Positions 54,328 through 64,000 of a stretch of DNA of 64,000 nt are shown in pieces. Each line of letters starts with the position of its first letter. Within the stretch, counting starts at the first letter, position 1. The notes below the pieces were generated by a model, which saw nothing but the letters and a program-made list of their open reading frames with translations, was not told the origin of the DNA and ran no database searches. The position numbers and the translations under genes were made by a program. The stretch comes from Agathobacter sp. (GTDB taxonomy: Bacteria; Bacillota; Clostridia; Lachnospirales; Lachnospiraceae), in contig JAZSCQ010000048.1 of assembly GCA_045530745.1 (NCBI GenBank), positions 49,503 to 113,502 of the forward strand. The letters run 5' to 3'.

Positions 54328-56994
54328 CTATTTCTGATAAATTGCAAAACCTATTGAACCTAGCCCAGCATTACATACACTTGCTGAAGATGCCTGTGTA
54401 AAAATCACCTGCTTAAAACGCATATTTCTACTGATTTCACTTAAAATCATCTCCTGTTGACGAACACTACAGCCCGCATGAATTACATAAACAACCCGAT
54501 CATCAATACGAGATGTGTTTCTTAGATGGAATCTTATAAATTTCTTCCATGCTTTCTCTAGTTTTCCAAAACGAACGCCTAGTACCGTTATCCTATTCTG
54601 GAAACTGCCTAAAATAGGATGTAGCTTAAACGCATCACATATTTTCGCTGTAAGTATATCTGTAAATCCTTTTTGATAGAAAATACGTGTACTTGGAAGA
54701 ATATAGGATGCCTTTATCTTCATCTTCACATTCTCTAGTTCATTCACTATAGCCTGCACATCCATTCCTTCCGAAGCTAATTTTGCTGCATGTAATACAA
54801 CCAGCCCTTCTCCTGCCGAAATATGTCCAGAATCTACTACATGTACATGTGCAAAGCCTTTTGCCGCTTCTGTGGCATTCTCATAACAATTTCCTGTACC
54901 ACTTGCCATAGAAACATAGATTACATCGTCCGCCTCCATAAGAGCATCTGCAAAGAAATGCTCATAATCTTCGACTGTAGGAGACAGAGAATCTGCATAA
55001 GAATTCTCATCTGATAAATATCGTGAAAGATTATGGATATCAATTTCTTTGGTATCACGAAATCTTCCTGCATCTGTTTTGATGTACAAATCTATCAATT
55101 TAATATCATATTTTTCAACAAGCTCCTGTGTTAGATCACATACACCATCCGATGTGATATATACCTTTTTACGTCGTTTTGCAAGACGTGATACAAAATA
55201 TGCTCCATCCGTTGTTGATTCTGCATCTCTTCGATATTCTATCAAGTCCTCTGGAATATGCTTTAACACTTCTTGTTCTAACCTTGCTACATCAACTGGC
55301 TTTTCTAATAAGCCATCAAATCCCTGTTGCTGATACTCCAGCTGTTTGTCTGCCAAAACATTTGCAGATAACAAAACAATATCAGAATCCTTACACAAGC
55401 CATTTTCCTGCCTACGAACTTCACGGAGCAATGCGCTTCCATCCATACCAGGCATCATATAATCCATAAGTATCAAATGATAATAGCGATTGCTTGTTTT
55501 CTGCAAGCACTCTTCTACACTGCCAGCTGTATCAATTTCCATTTTTGTCTCTTGAAGTAGTTTTTTGGTAATAATCAAGTTTAAATCATCATCATCCACT
55601 ACAAGCACGCGGGCTTCTGGTGCTTCAAATGATTTAAGATAATGACTCTCTTTCTTATGTTCCCTTGTCAGAACCTTAAATTCTCCAATTGGAGTATCAT
55701 CTACTATTTTCTGCGGAATCATGATGGTAAATTCAGAACCTTGTGTATAAATACTATCTACTGTAATCTCGCCCTGCATCAGCTCCACAAGATGTCTGGT
55801 TATAGAAAGTCCAAGTCCAGTTCCTTCTATCTTTTGATTTTTTTCAGAATTCACTCTGCGGAATGCATCAAATAAATGTTCCAACTCTTCCTTACGAATT
55901 CCCACTCCAGTATCCCCTACAGAAATTCGAAGCTGTATCTGCTTCTCATCTATTTTCTCGTATCGACAATCAAGTGTGACAGATCCTTCTTCTGTATATT
56001 TGACTGCATTTGACAAAATATTGAGAAGAACCTGCTTGATGCGTCTTTCGTCACCGTAGAGCTTTACTGGTAAATTTCGGTCTACATGAAGAATGAATTT
56101 CAACTTCTTGCTTTCCATGCGCACCTGCATCATATCTGCAACTTCACGAAACATATCTGCGGTTTTATACTCAGCCTGCACAAGTTCCATCTTATGAATC
56201 TCAAGCTGAGATAAATCCAAAATATCATTTACAAGAGATAAAAGCATTTTACTTGCATTCTGAATATTCTTGGCATATTCTTCCACCTGCTCGGATGGCT
56301 CTTCTCTCATAATCAATTCATTTAAACCAATAATTGAATTGATTGGAGTACGAATCTCATGGCTCATACTTGCAAAGAATGCATCTTTTGATTTGCCAAT
56401 TAATTCAAGTTCCTTCTTTTGTTCCTGTGTTATCTGACGTTCTTTATCAAATACCCTTATCTGAAACTTCATAATGATACCAACCGTAAGACCTACTGTC
56501 AGCACAGCAAAAATTGAATCAAAATGCTTTTCAAATGGTGTGGCTAATTCAATTACCTGCTCAGGATACAAATAAGCTACCACATAACAACATGTATCTA
56601 TCACTAATGTCATCGCCAAAAAAACTGCAAGCTTCTTTCCTGAAAACATAATAAACACATAGAAAATCCCTAGACACATCCATACGCCAGAACCGCTATT
56701 AACACCGCCACCACGTAAAAAGATAAATGGCAAAGCAACGAAAATAAGTGCAATTCCAAGAATAGTCGAAGAAAGGTCTATGTTGCGATATTTAAAAGTC
56801 AAAATAAGCGCAGACACAAACGCTACCAACATAACACCATAAATTAGCATCAAGCTGTCCGCATTTACTAGCGTAAGTCCCTGCAAAATTGCCAAGCCCA
56901 CTGCAATTGTCCCAATAACAAGAATAATACGGAATAAGCGTTCTTTGATATCTAGTTTATCATCTACAAACACATGCAATATCTTATTTAACAT
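54328..56994 (-). CDS. Membrane hybrid histidine kinase with receiver and C-terminal DegV/FakB domain
   Basis: ~6 TM; SMSHEIRTP; NILSNAVKYT, DTGVGI, GTGLGL; REC (VVDD, LMDYMMP, KP); DegV from ~55170 (ITSDGVCDL, VHVVDSGHISAGEG). Confidence 0.85.
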   Translation of the reverse strand: MLNKILHVFVDDKLDIKERLFRIILVIGTIAVGLAILQGLTLVNADSLMLIYGVMLVAFVSALILTFKYRNIDLSSTILGIALIFVALPFIFLRGGGVNSGSGVWMCLGIFYVFIMFSGKKLAVFLAMTLVIDTCCYVVAYLYPEQVIELATPFEKHFDSIFAVLTVGLTVGIIMKFQIRVFDKERQITQEQKKELELIGKSKDAFFASMSHEIRTPINSIIGLNELIMREEPSEQVEEYAKNIQNASKMLLSLVNDILDLSQLEIHKMELVQAEYKTADMFREVADMMQVRMESKKLKFILHVDRNLPVKLYGDERRIKQVLLNILSNAVKYTEEGSVTLDCRYEKIDEKQIQLRISVGDTGVGIRKEELEHLFDAFRRVNSEKNQKIEGTGLGLSITRHLVELMQGEITVDSIYTQGSEFTIMIPQKIVDDTPIGEFKVLTREHKKESHYLKSFEAPEARVLVVDDDDLNLIITKKLLQETKMEIDTAGSVEECLQKTSNRYYHLILMDYMMPGMDGSALLREVRRQENGLCKDSDIVLLSANVLADKQLEYQQQGFDGLLEKPVDVARLEQEVLKHIPEDLIEYRRDAESTTDGAYFVSRLAKRRKKVYITSDGVCDLTQELVEKYDIKLIDLYIKTDAGRFRDTKEIDIHNLSRYLSDENSYADSLSPTVEDYEHFFADALMEADDVIYVSMASGTGNCYENATEAAKGFAHVHVVDSGHISAGEGLVVLHAAKLASEGMDVQAIVNELENVKMKIKASYILPSTRIFYQKGFTDILTAKICDAFKLHPILGSFQNRITVLGVRFGKLEKAWKKFIRFHLRNTSRIDDRVVYVIHAGCSVRQQEMILSEISRNMRFKQVIFTQASSASVCNAGLGSIGFAIYQK

Positions 56995-57016
56995 ATATGT
57001 ACCTCATTTTGATTCA

Positions 57017-59761
57017 TTATGCCTTCTCTCTTATCTTGGCTACCGCTTCATAAGCAGACATAAAGTCAAACATTTCCACCTTTTTATAAACTGGTTTTAA
57101 CTCTTTTGCTAAGTCCTTGGAACGATAGGTATATCTACTTAACTCATCTAAAATAGGAAACACCTTATTGGCATCAAACTCATAGGTTACATTTTCAAGC
57201 TCAAGTAACATCTGCACGAACTCGTCATCACTCAATTCCTGTTTATCCTGTTGTGTTACTTCCGATTCTGCTGTAGATAAATATTTACAATCATGTAAAA
57301 TCTGCATTACACGTGTAAACTCTTTTATAAGATTATCATGCTCTGCATGAATAAAATCATAGTCCTGTGCTTTTCCTGCAAACTCTAGTGCCTTTGCCAT
57401 TTCTGACAGCTTCACTGCACCAATGCTCATCATCGAACTTTTAATTCCATGCACAACAATTACATAATCCTTCCAATTCTCATTTGCATACAGATTTGTT
57501 ACCTGTTCTAACGTTTCCTTGCCACTATCACGTTGACTGGATAATATTTCCAAATAATTCTCCTGATTGCCACAGTACATAATTCCTTTGGAAACGTCCA
57601 AATCTCCAATCACAAGTTCATCCATCACTGTTTGTGCAGGCTCTGAACTCTCTTCTAACGATGTCACGACTTGAACAGGCTCTGCCGCTTTCAAAGATGT
57701 CCTCTTCTGCTCTGGTAAATGACGTTTTAAAGTACGTTGCAATACAGAGCTTTCTACAGGTTTTGCAATAAAATCATCAAACCCTTCCTTCATAAACATC
57801 TCTCTTGCACCTGCAATTGCATTCGCAGTAAGGGCAATAATTGGAATCTCTTTATAATAGAGGTCTGGTTTCTTACGAATATGGTGGAATGTCTCCACGC
57901 CATCCATACCTGGCATCATGTGGTCTAATAGAATCAAATCATAATCCTTGGAAGCGAGCATATCAATACCTTCCTGTCCGCTCAGCGCATAGGAAACTTT
58001 TACACCATACGCTTTTAACAGACCTTCTACCACACGAATATTCATACGATTATCATCAATCACCAGAATATGTGCTTCTGGTGCGTAAAGCTGATGATTT
58101 TCTACCTCTCCTGTCTTTTCGCCCTTCTGTGTTGCAACATTCTTAATCGCAGCTATAATAGACAAGGCAAAAAATGGCTTATAAATTTTACTTAAATTCT
58201 TATTTCGAACCTTAGCATCATCATAATGATCCAAAATAACATGTACATTTCGAATTTTTGCAAGGCTATCAAAATAGAATGGATCTTCCTGATATTCGAT
58301 TAAACTGATAAAAATCTGGTTAAATTCCTGATATTTATCCAAACGTTTTAGCTCTTGCAAATTACGACAAATATGACATTTGATTTTCAACTGTCGAATA
58401 AGGCGATTTATGTTTTCAGCATATTTATCACGGATTTCGTTATATCTAAACTGCTCCATATTGATATATACAGCTGCATTGATTTCGCTTTTATCTTCTA
58501 TATCCGCAATCGGATTTACATCGTATACTTTTTGTGGAATAACGATTTTAAATTCGCTTCCTCTTCCTAATTCACTCTTTACAGTAATAAAGCCACCCAT
58601 ACGGTTTACAATAGTCTGAGCAATCGCAAGGCCTAGACCGACACCACCTTTTTTACGGGTGCGTCCCATATCTGCCTGCGAGAACTTCTGGAAAAGATTC
58701 TCGACACTTTCCTTTGTCATACCAATACCAGTATCTCTTACTGTAATTATTAGGTTAATTCCATATTCCTCTTTTCGATATCCAAAGTGAATACTTACAC
58801 AACCTTCATTGGTAAATTCGATGGCGTTATTTACAAGATTCATAATAACTCTTCGAATCTTCTGTTCGTCTCCGATTAAAACACTTGGCATATCTGCATC
58901 ACAGTCTATGATAAGCTCCAGCTTTTTCTCACTTTTCTTTGCCATAGACATATTGATTACATCATAGATTGTAGAACTTACATAATAGTTTTCCTCTACA
59001 ATTTCAAATTCCCCTTCCTGTAATTCCGAGTAGTCCAAAATATCACCTACTACAGACATCAGGTTACGCCCTGCCGACTGAATATTAAGCATATCCTCTC
59101 TCATCTCTGCAGGCACATCATTTTTCAAAATAATCTCACTCATACCACAAATGGTATTGATTGGAGTACGTATCTCATGACTGACATTGGCAAGAAAGTC
59201 ATCCTTCTCTCGTTCCGACTTTCTAAGTGCGTCAATCATTTCCAACATGCTTTCCTGGCTGGTTTTATAACGATATACCAGATAGATAACAACGAACAGG
59301 GTAAGATAGCCTTGTAAAATACGTGTCACCATTCCAATATCTGTGGAATACTGTCCCCAGTTTAACTGTTTTGCTACAAAAATATAGTAAAGCACTAATG
59401 TTGTATAAGACAAAAATGGATACCACATCGCCTGTGTTACGCCATATAACCCCAGCAAAATACACAAACTAATAAAAAGAGATAAAATGAAATAAAAATC
59501 TCCACATTCGATTCCATATACAATTATCATTATCTGGGATGCAAAACTTGTAACATGCGCTCTAATTTCATAAGTCTGGTATTTACCAAAGAAGAAAATC
59601 ACCATGGCAAATAACCCTACTAATACCAAAAGCTGTCCCAGTGGATTCCAATCATTATGATATCCTAGAAACAATTCCACCATGCAGTAAACGGAAGTAA
59701 TCGCAACTACAATTGACTCTATTTGTCTTTCATAGGATTTCAGATAATCGTATCTCCCCAT
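57017..59761 (-). CDS. Membrane hybrid histidine kinase HisKA-HATPase-(degenerate REC)-REC-Hpt
   Basis: NVSHEIRTP, DTGIG, GVGLGL, VIDDN..LLDHMMP..KP, VHGIKSS Hpt. Confidence 0.88.
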   Translation of the reverse strand: MGRYDYLKSYERQIESIVVAITSVYCMVELFLGYHNDWNPLGQLLVLVGLFAMVIFFFGKYQTYEIRAHVTSFASQIMIIVYGIECGDFYFILSLFISLCILLGLYGVTQAMWYPFLSYTTLVLYYIFVAKQLNWGQYSTDIGMVTRILQGYLTLFVVIYLVYRYKTSQESMLEMIDALRKSEREKDDFLANVSHEIRTPINTICGMSEIILKNDVPAEMREDMLNIQSAGRNLMSVVGDILDYSELQEGEFEIVEENYYVSSTIYDVINMSMAKKSEKKLELIIDCDADMPSVLIGDEQKIRRVIMNLVNNAIEFTNEGCVSIHFGYRKEEYGINLIITVRDTGIGMTKESVENLFQKFSQADMGRTRKKGGVGLGLAIAQTIVNRMGGFITVKSELGRGSEFKIVIPQKVYDVNPIADIEDKSEINAAVYINMEQFRYNEIRDKYAENINRLIRQLKIKCHICRNLQELKRLDKYQEFNQIFISLIEYQEDPFYFDSLAKIRNVHVILDHYDDAKVRNKNLSKIYKPFFALSIIAAIKNVATQKGEKTGEVENHQLYAPEAHILVIDDNRMNIRVVEGLLKAYGVKVSYALSGQEGIDMLASKDYDLILLDHMMPGMDGVETFHHIRKKPDLYYKEIPIIALTANAIAGAREMFMKEGFDDFIAKPVESSVLQRTLKRHLPEQKRTSLKAAEPVQVVTSLEESSEPAQTVMDELVIGDLDVSKGIMYCGNQENYLEILSSQRDSGKETLEQVTNLYANENWKDYVIVVHGIKSSMMSIGAVKLSEMAKALEFAGKAQDYDFIHAEHDNLIKEFTRVMQILHDCKYLSTAESEVTQQDKQELSDDEFVQMLLELENVTYEFDANKVFPILDELSRYTYRSKDLAKELKPVYKKVEMFDFMSAYEAVAKIREKA

Positions 59762-59763
59762 CT

Positions 59764-61239
59764 TTATGCCTCCATAAAACAGGCTGTTGCAAGCGGAATC
59801 TTAATTGTCATCCTGCTGCCTATGCCTTTTTCACTTTCAATTTCAAGACTGCCACCAATAAATGCAAGATTTGATACCACAACATCCATTCCTACACCTC
59901 GTCCAGAATATTCTGTAACCTCTTTCTTTGTAGAAAATCCCGGCATAGTGATTAATTGGAATATTTCTTTATCGGTATAGGTATCTTTTGCTTGCTCATC
60001 CTGCAATAATCCCTGCTGGCGAGCTTTTTCTATAATTTCATTGCGGTCTAATCCCTTTCCATTATCCGCTACCGTAATACATATGTAGTCGCCCTCTACA
60101 TAAGCAGATACCTTAATCCATGCTTGTTCGAATTTGCCTGTCTGAATTCTTTCCTCAGGCATCTCAATTCCATGGTCAATTGCATTGCGAACAAGGTGTG
60201 TCAGCGGATCCGAAATCTGATCCACAATGCTTCTGTCTAGCTCCAACTCTTCTCCTGACATAACAAAATCAACATCTTTTCCAAGCTTTCTCGATGCATC
60301 AAACACCAAGCGATTTAGTTTTTGGAAAGTAGACTCAAGGTTTACCATTCTCATCGACATAATTACATCATGTAACTGCCCGGAAATCTTCTTTAGCTTT
60401 AGACTTGCTTTATCGAAACTCTCCATTTGTAAACCTGGCACCTTCAAATCAGGATTCTCAAGAACATCCGCCTCTGCTCTCTCTAATTTCTCCATTAGAT
60501 TCACCAGATGATTCACCTTTGTCACATCTACCTTAATATAGGTTACAACCTCATGCTTCTGTGGCTTTTCCTGCACAAACTGCTTTGCTCTGCCGTAGTC
60601 TCTCGACTCAATAACAAAATCACCAGGCTCTAGAGTCTTAAACTTAGACTCTATCATAATCTTTTCCTGTGTACGTGCTACTCTGGCCTCAATTTCTTCT
60701 ACAGAGGATTCCAAATCGATTACAAACAGTGGTTCTTCTTCCTCTTGTTTCTTATTCTGAGGTGCAATGTAAAATTTCTGTGCAGAAACCGCTTCTTCCT
60801 GCTTCGCTCCCTTGTTTTCTACACTCACCTGTGCCTGTACTTTATGTAAAAACTCATCCAGGCAACAAAGAATTGGTGTCGCATCATCTGTCAGTGCTTC
60901 ACCATCTTCAACTCTCTTTAATTCCCCAGAGATATAATCCACAACCAATAGCACATGCTCCACTAATTCTAAATGCGGAACATTCACAGGTCTCTCATCA
61001 CGAAGCACCGCAAAAATATCTTCTAGTTTATGTGAAACTGCAGAGATATTGTCATGCATCATAAATCCTGAAGAAGCCTTCATCGTGTGCATTGTACGAA
61101 AAATCTCATGAACTGCCTCCTCATCAAAGCATTCCGCATTCTTATAATTTAAGACGATTCCCTGAAGTTTTTCTAGCAACTGTTGATTTTCAAACAGATA
61201 TACCCCTAACATATCATCTGTACTAAACCCATCTGCCAT
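59764..61239 (-). CDS. cheA: CheA-like kinase (Hpt-dimerisation-HATPase) lacking the C-terminal CheW-like domain
   Basis: IFRTMHTMKAS, DPLTHLVRNAIDHGIE, PGFST...SGRGVGMDVV. Stops at IKIPLATACFMEA. Confidence 0.85.
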   Translation of the reverse strand: MADGFSTDDMLGVYLFENQQLLEKLQGIVLNYKNAECFDEEAVHEIFRTMHTMKASSGFMMHDNISAVSHKLEDIFAVLRDERPVNVPHLELVEHVLLVVDYISGELKRVEDGEALTDDATPILCCLDEFLHKVQAQVSVENKGAKQEEAVSAQKFYIAPQNKKQEEEEPLFVIDLESSVEEIEARVARTQEKIMIESKFKTLEPGDFVIESRDYGRAKQFVQEKPQKHEVVTYIKVDVTKVNHLVNLMEKLERAEADVLENPDLKVPGLQMESFDKASLKLKKISGQLHDVIMSMRMVNLESTFQKLNRLVFDASRKLGKDVDFVMSGEELELDRSIVDQISDPLTHLVRNAIDHGIEMPEERIQTGKFEQAWIKVSAYVEGDYICITVADNGKGLDRNEIIEKARQQGLLQDEQAKDTYTDKEIFQLITMPGFSTKKEVTEYSGRGVGMDVVVSNLAFIGGSLEIESEKGIGSRMTIKIPLATACFMEA

Positions 61240-61249
61240 ACTAATACCC

Positions 61250-61642
61250 CTAGATTAATTCCAATCTCTTTAATGCCTCTTCAAATCTATCCTGATCAAT
61301 TGGTTTTCCAGAATAAATTGTACAGCCTAATTCAAATGCCATTTTTACGTTTTTCTCATCATTTAATGCAGTTGCCATGATAACCTTAACTGTTTTTTCT
61401 TCTGGAATATTACGTTCCTTTTCAAGATTACGAATACCAACAAGAGCCTGATACCCATCCATCACTGGCATCATAATATCAAGACATACCAAATCATATG
61501 GGTTTTCTTCTTCCAATGCCATCATAAAGGCATCTACTGCCTCTAAACCGTCAACGGTAACATCACATTCTCCATACTTTGATAAAAAGTTACTCATAAA
61601 CTTTCTGGTTACGAAATCGTCCTCTGCTAATAAAATTCTCAT
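61250..61642 (-). CDS. Single-domain response regulator (CheY-like)
   Basis: LLAEDD, CLDIMMP, ATAL, KP. Confidence 0.9.
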   Translation of the reverse strand: MRILLAEDDFVTRKFMSNFLSKYGECDVTVDGLEAVDAFMMALEEENPYDLVCLDIMMPVMDGYQALVGIRNLEKERNIPEEKTVKVIMATALNDEKNVKMAFELGCTIYSGKPIDQDRFEEALKRLELI

Positions 61643-61654
61643 ACTTGCTCTCCT

Positions 61655-62689
61655 TTACATCTTATTCAAAACTTCATATGTTTTCTTTGCTATATTATTT
61701 AATTGCTCCTGATGGTCAACTGCACCAATTTCATATGCTGCCTTTGGCATTCCATACACAATACAGGTTGACTCATCCTGCCCTATGGTCTTAGCACCTG
61801 CTTTATGCATCTCTAGTAAACCTTTGGCACCATCAGCCCCCATTCCGGTTAAGATAATACCAATTGCACGACTACCCGCTGCTTTTGCAACAGATTCAAA
61901 CAAGACATCTACAGATGGACAATGTCCACTCACCTTTGGTCCTGGCTGAATCTCCACCTGGTAAACACCATTTACCTTTACGAGACGCATCTGGCAATCT
62001 CCCCCCGGTGCAACAAGCACCTGTCCTGGAATTACCTTGTCACCATGCTTTGCCTCCTTTACCGTTACACGGCACTGGTCATTTAAGCGACCTGCATATA
62101 TTTCTGTAAATCCTGGAGGCATATGCTGTACAAGTACGGTTCCTGGAATATCTGGTCCAAATTCCTTTAAGATAGTTGCAATTGCCTCTGTTCCACCCGT
62201 TGAAGCTCCAATTGCAATTACTAAATCTTTTGTATTTACCTTTAATGTAACGGTTTCTGTCAATTCTGGAACTACTGTTTTTCGAATGAGTCCTGTCTTT
62301 ACCGTGGCTGCAATTTTAATTTTTGCAGGAAGATCATACTTCATGAGTTCTTCCATTTTCTTGCGATCAGACATCGCTGGTTTTACAACAAAGTCAACCG
62401 CACCGGCATTTAAGGCCTCGAATACCTTGCCACTAAGTGAACTTAGCATAACGACAGGCATCGGATACTGTGGTATCAGTTTTCTCAAAAACTCGATCCC
62501 GTTCATACGAGGCATTTCAATATCGAGTGTCATAACATCTGGTTTGTATTTGACAATCATATCCCTCGCTTCAAAGGGGTCCTGTGCACTAGCTACAACC
62601 TCTAACTCAGGATCGTTATTCAAGTGTTTTACTAAGAGTTCTCTGAAAAATAGAGAATCTTCTACTACAAGTACCTTTATTTTTCGCAT
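61655..62689 (-). CDS. cheB: Chemotaxis response regulator protein-glutamate methylesterase
   Basis: REC domain + GASTGG, VQHMP, PSVDVLF, LTGMGADG. Confidence 0.95.
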   Translation of the reverse strand: MRKIKVLVVEDSLFFRELLVKHLNNDPELEVVASAQDPFEARDMIVKYKPDVMTLDIEMPRMNGIEFLRKLIPQYPMPVVMLSSLSGKVFEALNAGAVDFVVKPAMSDRKKMEELMKYDLPAKIKIAATVKTGLIRKTVVPELTETVTLKVNTKDLVIAIGASTGGTEAIATILKEFGPDIPGTVLVQHMPPGFTEIYAGRLNDQCRVTVKEAKHGDKVIPGQVLVAPGGDCQMRLVKVNGVYQVEIQPGPKVSGHCPSVDVLFESVAKAAGSRAIGIILTGMGADGAKGLLEMHKAGAKTIGQDESTCIVYGMPKAAYEIGAVDHQEQLNNIAKKTYEVLNKM

Positions 62690-62711
62690 GATATATCTCC
62701 TATATCTATCC

Positions 62712-63758
62712 TTATTTTAGCTGTCTTGCAATTTTCTTACAGATTGCAAATATATCTGGATTAAATGCTTTTCCAGACTCCATTTCAAGCATCTGAATCG
62801 CTTCTTCTTTGCTGTATGCTTCACGATAAGAACGGTTCTCTGTCAAAGCATTGTAATAAGAAACCAATGCAACCACCTGTGCTGGTAAAGGAATATCGTT
62901 TCCGCACTTACCACTTGGATAGCCTGTTCCATCCCATCTTTCATGATGATATCTGGTGATATCGCAAGACATATCGATAAAATCGTTATAATCTCCATCG
63001 CCCTTAATATCATCCATAATCTGCACACCAATCGCTGTATGCTTCTTCATAATGTCCATTTCTTCATCCGTAAGCTTGCCATTCTTTTGTAAAATATCAA
63101 GTGGCACACCAACCATACCTAAGTCACAAAGCGGTGCTGCCAGCTCAATGGTCTCTACAAACGTATCTGAAACAATACTTTCAAATTTTGGTGAAAGCTG
63201 CATTGCCTGCGCGAGTATCTTGCAATTTTCCTGGAGTCTCTCGATGTGTCTGTCATCAAATACAGCATTCTTACGAACTACCGTTAAAAGTGCGTATAAT
63301 ACTCTCTTCTTCTCCGTCTCAATCTGTCGAAGCTGCTCCGTAATGGATACCTGTAATCTTCGATTGGCATCTGCCAATGTCTTATTCATTTCTGCAAGCT
63401 TAAGCTGTACTGCCACACGGGATTTTACAACCTCCTGAATGAATGGTTTGGTCACATAGTCCGCACCACCTGCTTCAAATCCTTTTACAATATCCTGTGG
63501 AGCATCATAAGCTGAAATAAAAATAATTGGGATATGCCTAAACCTCACGTCTTTCTGAATAATTTCTGCAAATTCAAATCCATCCATTTCTGGCATCGCA
63601 ACATCAAGCAGGATTAATTCAGGAACAATTCGTTCCATAATCTTAAGTCCCTGCTTACCATTCTCTGCCAACACTGGCTGATATCCCATGTCTGTAATAA
63701 TGTTGCGGAGTACAAATCGATTGGTTTCCACATCATCAATAATTAAAATTCGTAACAT
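62712..63758 (-). CDS. REC + HD-GYP (RpfG-like) protein with degenerate active site
   Basis: IIDD, LLDVAMP; HHERWDGTGYP present but HD reads CD. Confidence 0.88.
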   Translation of the reverse strand: MLRILIIDDVETNRFVLRNIITDMGYQPVLAENGKQGLKIMERIVPELILLDVAMPEMDGFEFAEIIQKDVRFRHIPIIFISAYDAPQDIVKGFEAGGADYVTKPFIQEVVKSRVAVQLKLAEMNKTLADANRRLQVSITEQLRQIETEKKRVLYALLTVVRKNAVFDDRHIERLQENCKILAQAMQLSPKFESIVSDTFVETIELAAPLCDLGMVGVPLDILQKNGKLTDEEMDIMKKHTAIGVQIMDDIKGDGDYNDFIDMSCDITRYHHERWDGTGYPSGKCGNDIPLPAQVVALVSYYNALTENRSYREAYSKEEAIQMLEMESGKAFNPDIFAICKKIARQLK

Positions 63759-63770
63759 AACGCCTCCTGA

Positions 63771-64000
63771 CTACAGCAACTGCGTTAGTGCTTCGTAAGC
63801 TGCATTTGTCTTGTCATAATCTGCTTTCTGAACTGCCATCTTAAGTCGAAGTGCTGCAGTTCTTATTTCCTGTGGAGCAGAATCTGTCAACTGCTTAACA
63901 GCTGTCATAAAGCTTTCTGCCTTCTCCCAGTTATCCATTTCCACGCAAAGTATAAGTTTTGATAAATTCTTCTCTAACTCTGCTGTATTTTCTTCCGTTC
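63771..64000 (-). CDS. 3' end of a signalling protein, helical Hpt-like domain (partial)
   Basis: Open frame ...TEENTAELEKNLSKLILCVEMDNWEKAESFMTAVKQLTDSAPQEIRTAALRLKMAVQKADYDKTNAAYEALTQLL*, followed by the GGAGG RBS of the next gene. Confidence 0.6.
   Translation of the reverse strand, partial: TEENTAELEKNLSKLILCVEMDNWEKAESFMTAVKQLTDSAPQEIRTAALRLKMAVQKADYDKTNAAYEALTQLL

Noticed and set aside
62037-62720. 227-aa plus-strand ORF
   Set aside because: Antisense shadow of cheB, as with most short opposite-strand ORFs in the track.

Overview
AT-rich chromosomal window from a low-GC Firmicute, most likely a spore-forming Lachnospiraceae-type clostridium (alaS, rpsU, spoIVA, greA, uppP, malQ, pulA). 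About 60 CDS, mostly on the minus strand. I found no rRNA, tRNA, CRISPR array, integrase or transposase. Main blocks, left to right: (1) ABC exporter plus two tandem COG0523 metal-chaperone GTPases; (2) TetR-linked MMPL/RND transporter with a GLUG-repeat surface protein; (3) a string of small stress/housecleaning genes including a LexA-boxed Y-family polymerase/YolD cassette; (4) rpsU-alaS with a highly structured MITE-like element upstream; (5) BlaI/M56 pair, spoIVA and glucan genes; (6) an AT-rich ECF-sigma/DUF4367 islet where one promoter motif (TGTAACC-N16/17-TGTT) occurs four times, before the sigma gene, two secreted proteins and a truncated toxin-like/immunity-like pair; (7) a ~20 kb gap-free minus-strand gene run headed by an unusual signalling cluster: degenerate REC-HD-GYP, CheB, CheY-like, a CheA with no CheW-like P5 domain, and two membrane hybrid kinases, one fused to a DegV/FakB fatty-acid-binding domain. 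Blocks 6 and 7 are the best candidates for an undescribed system. All family assignments come from motif recognition by eye, not database searches.
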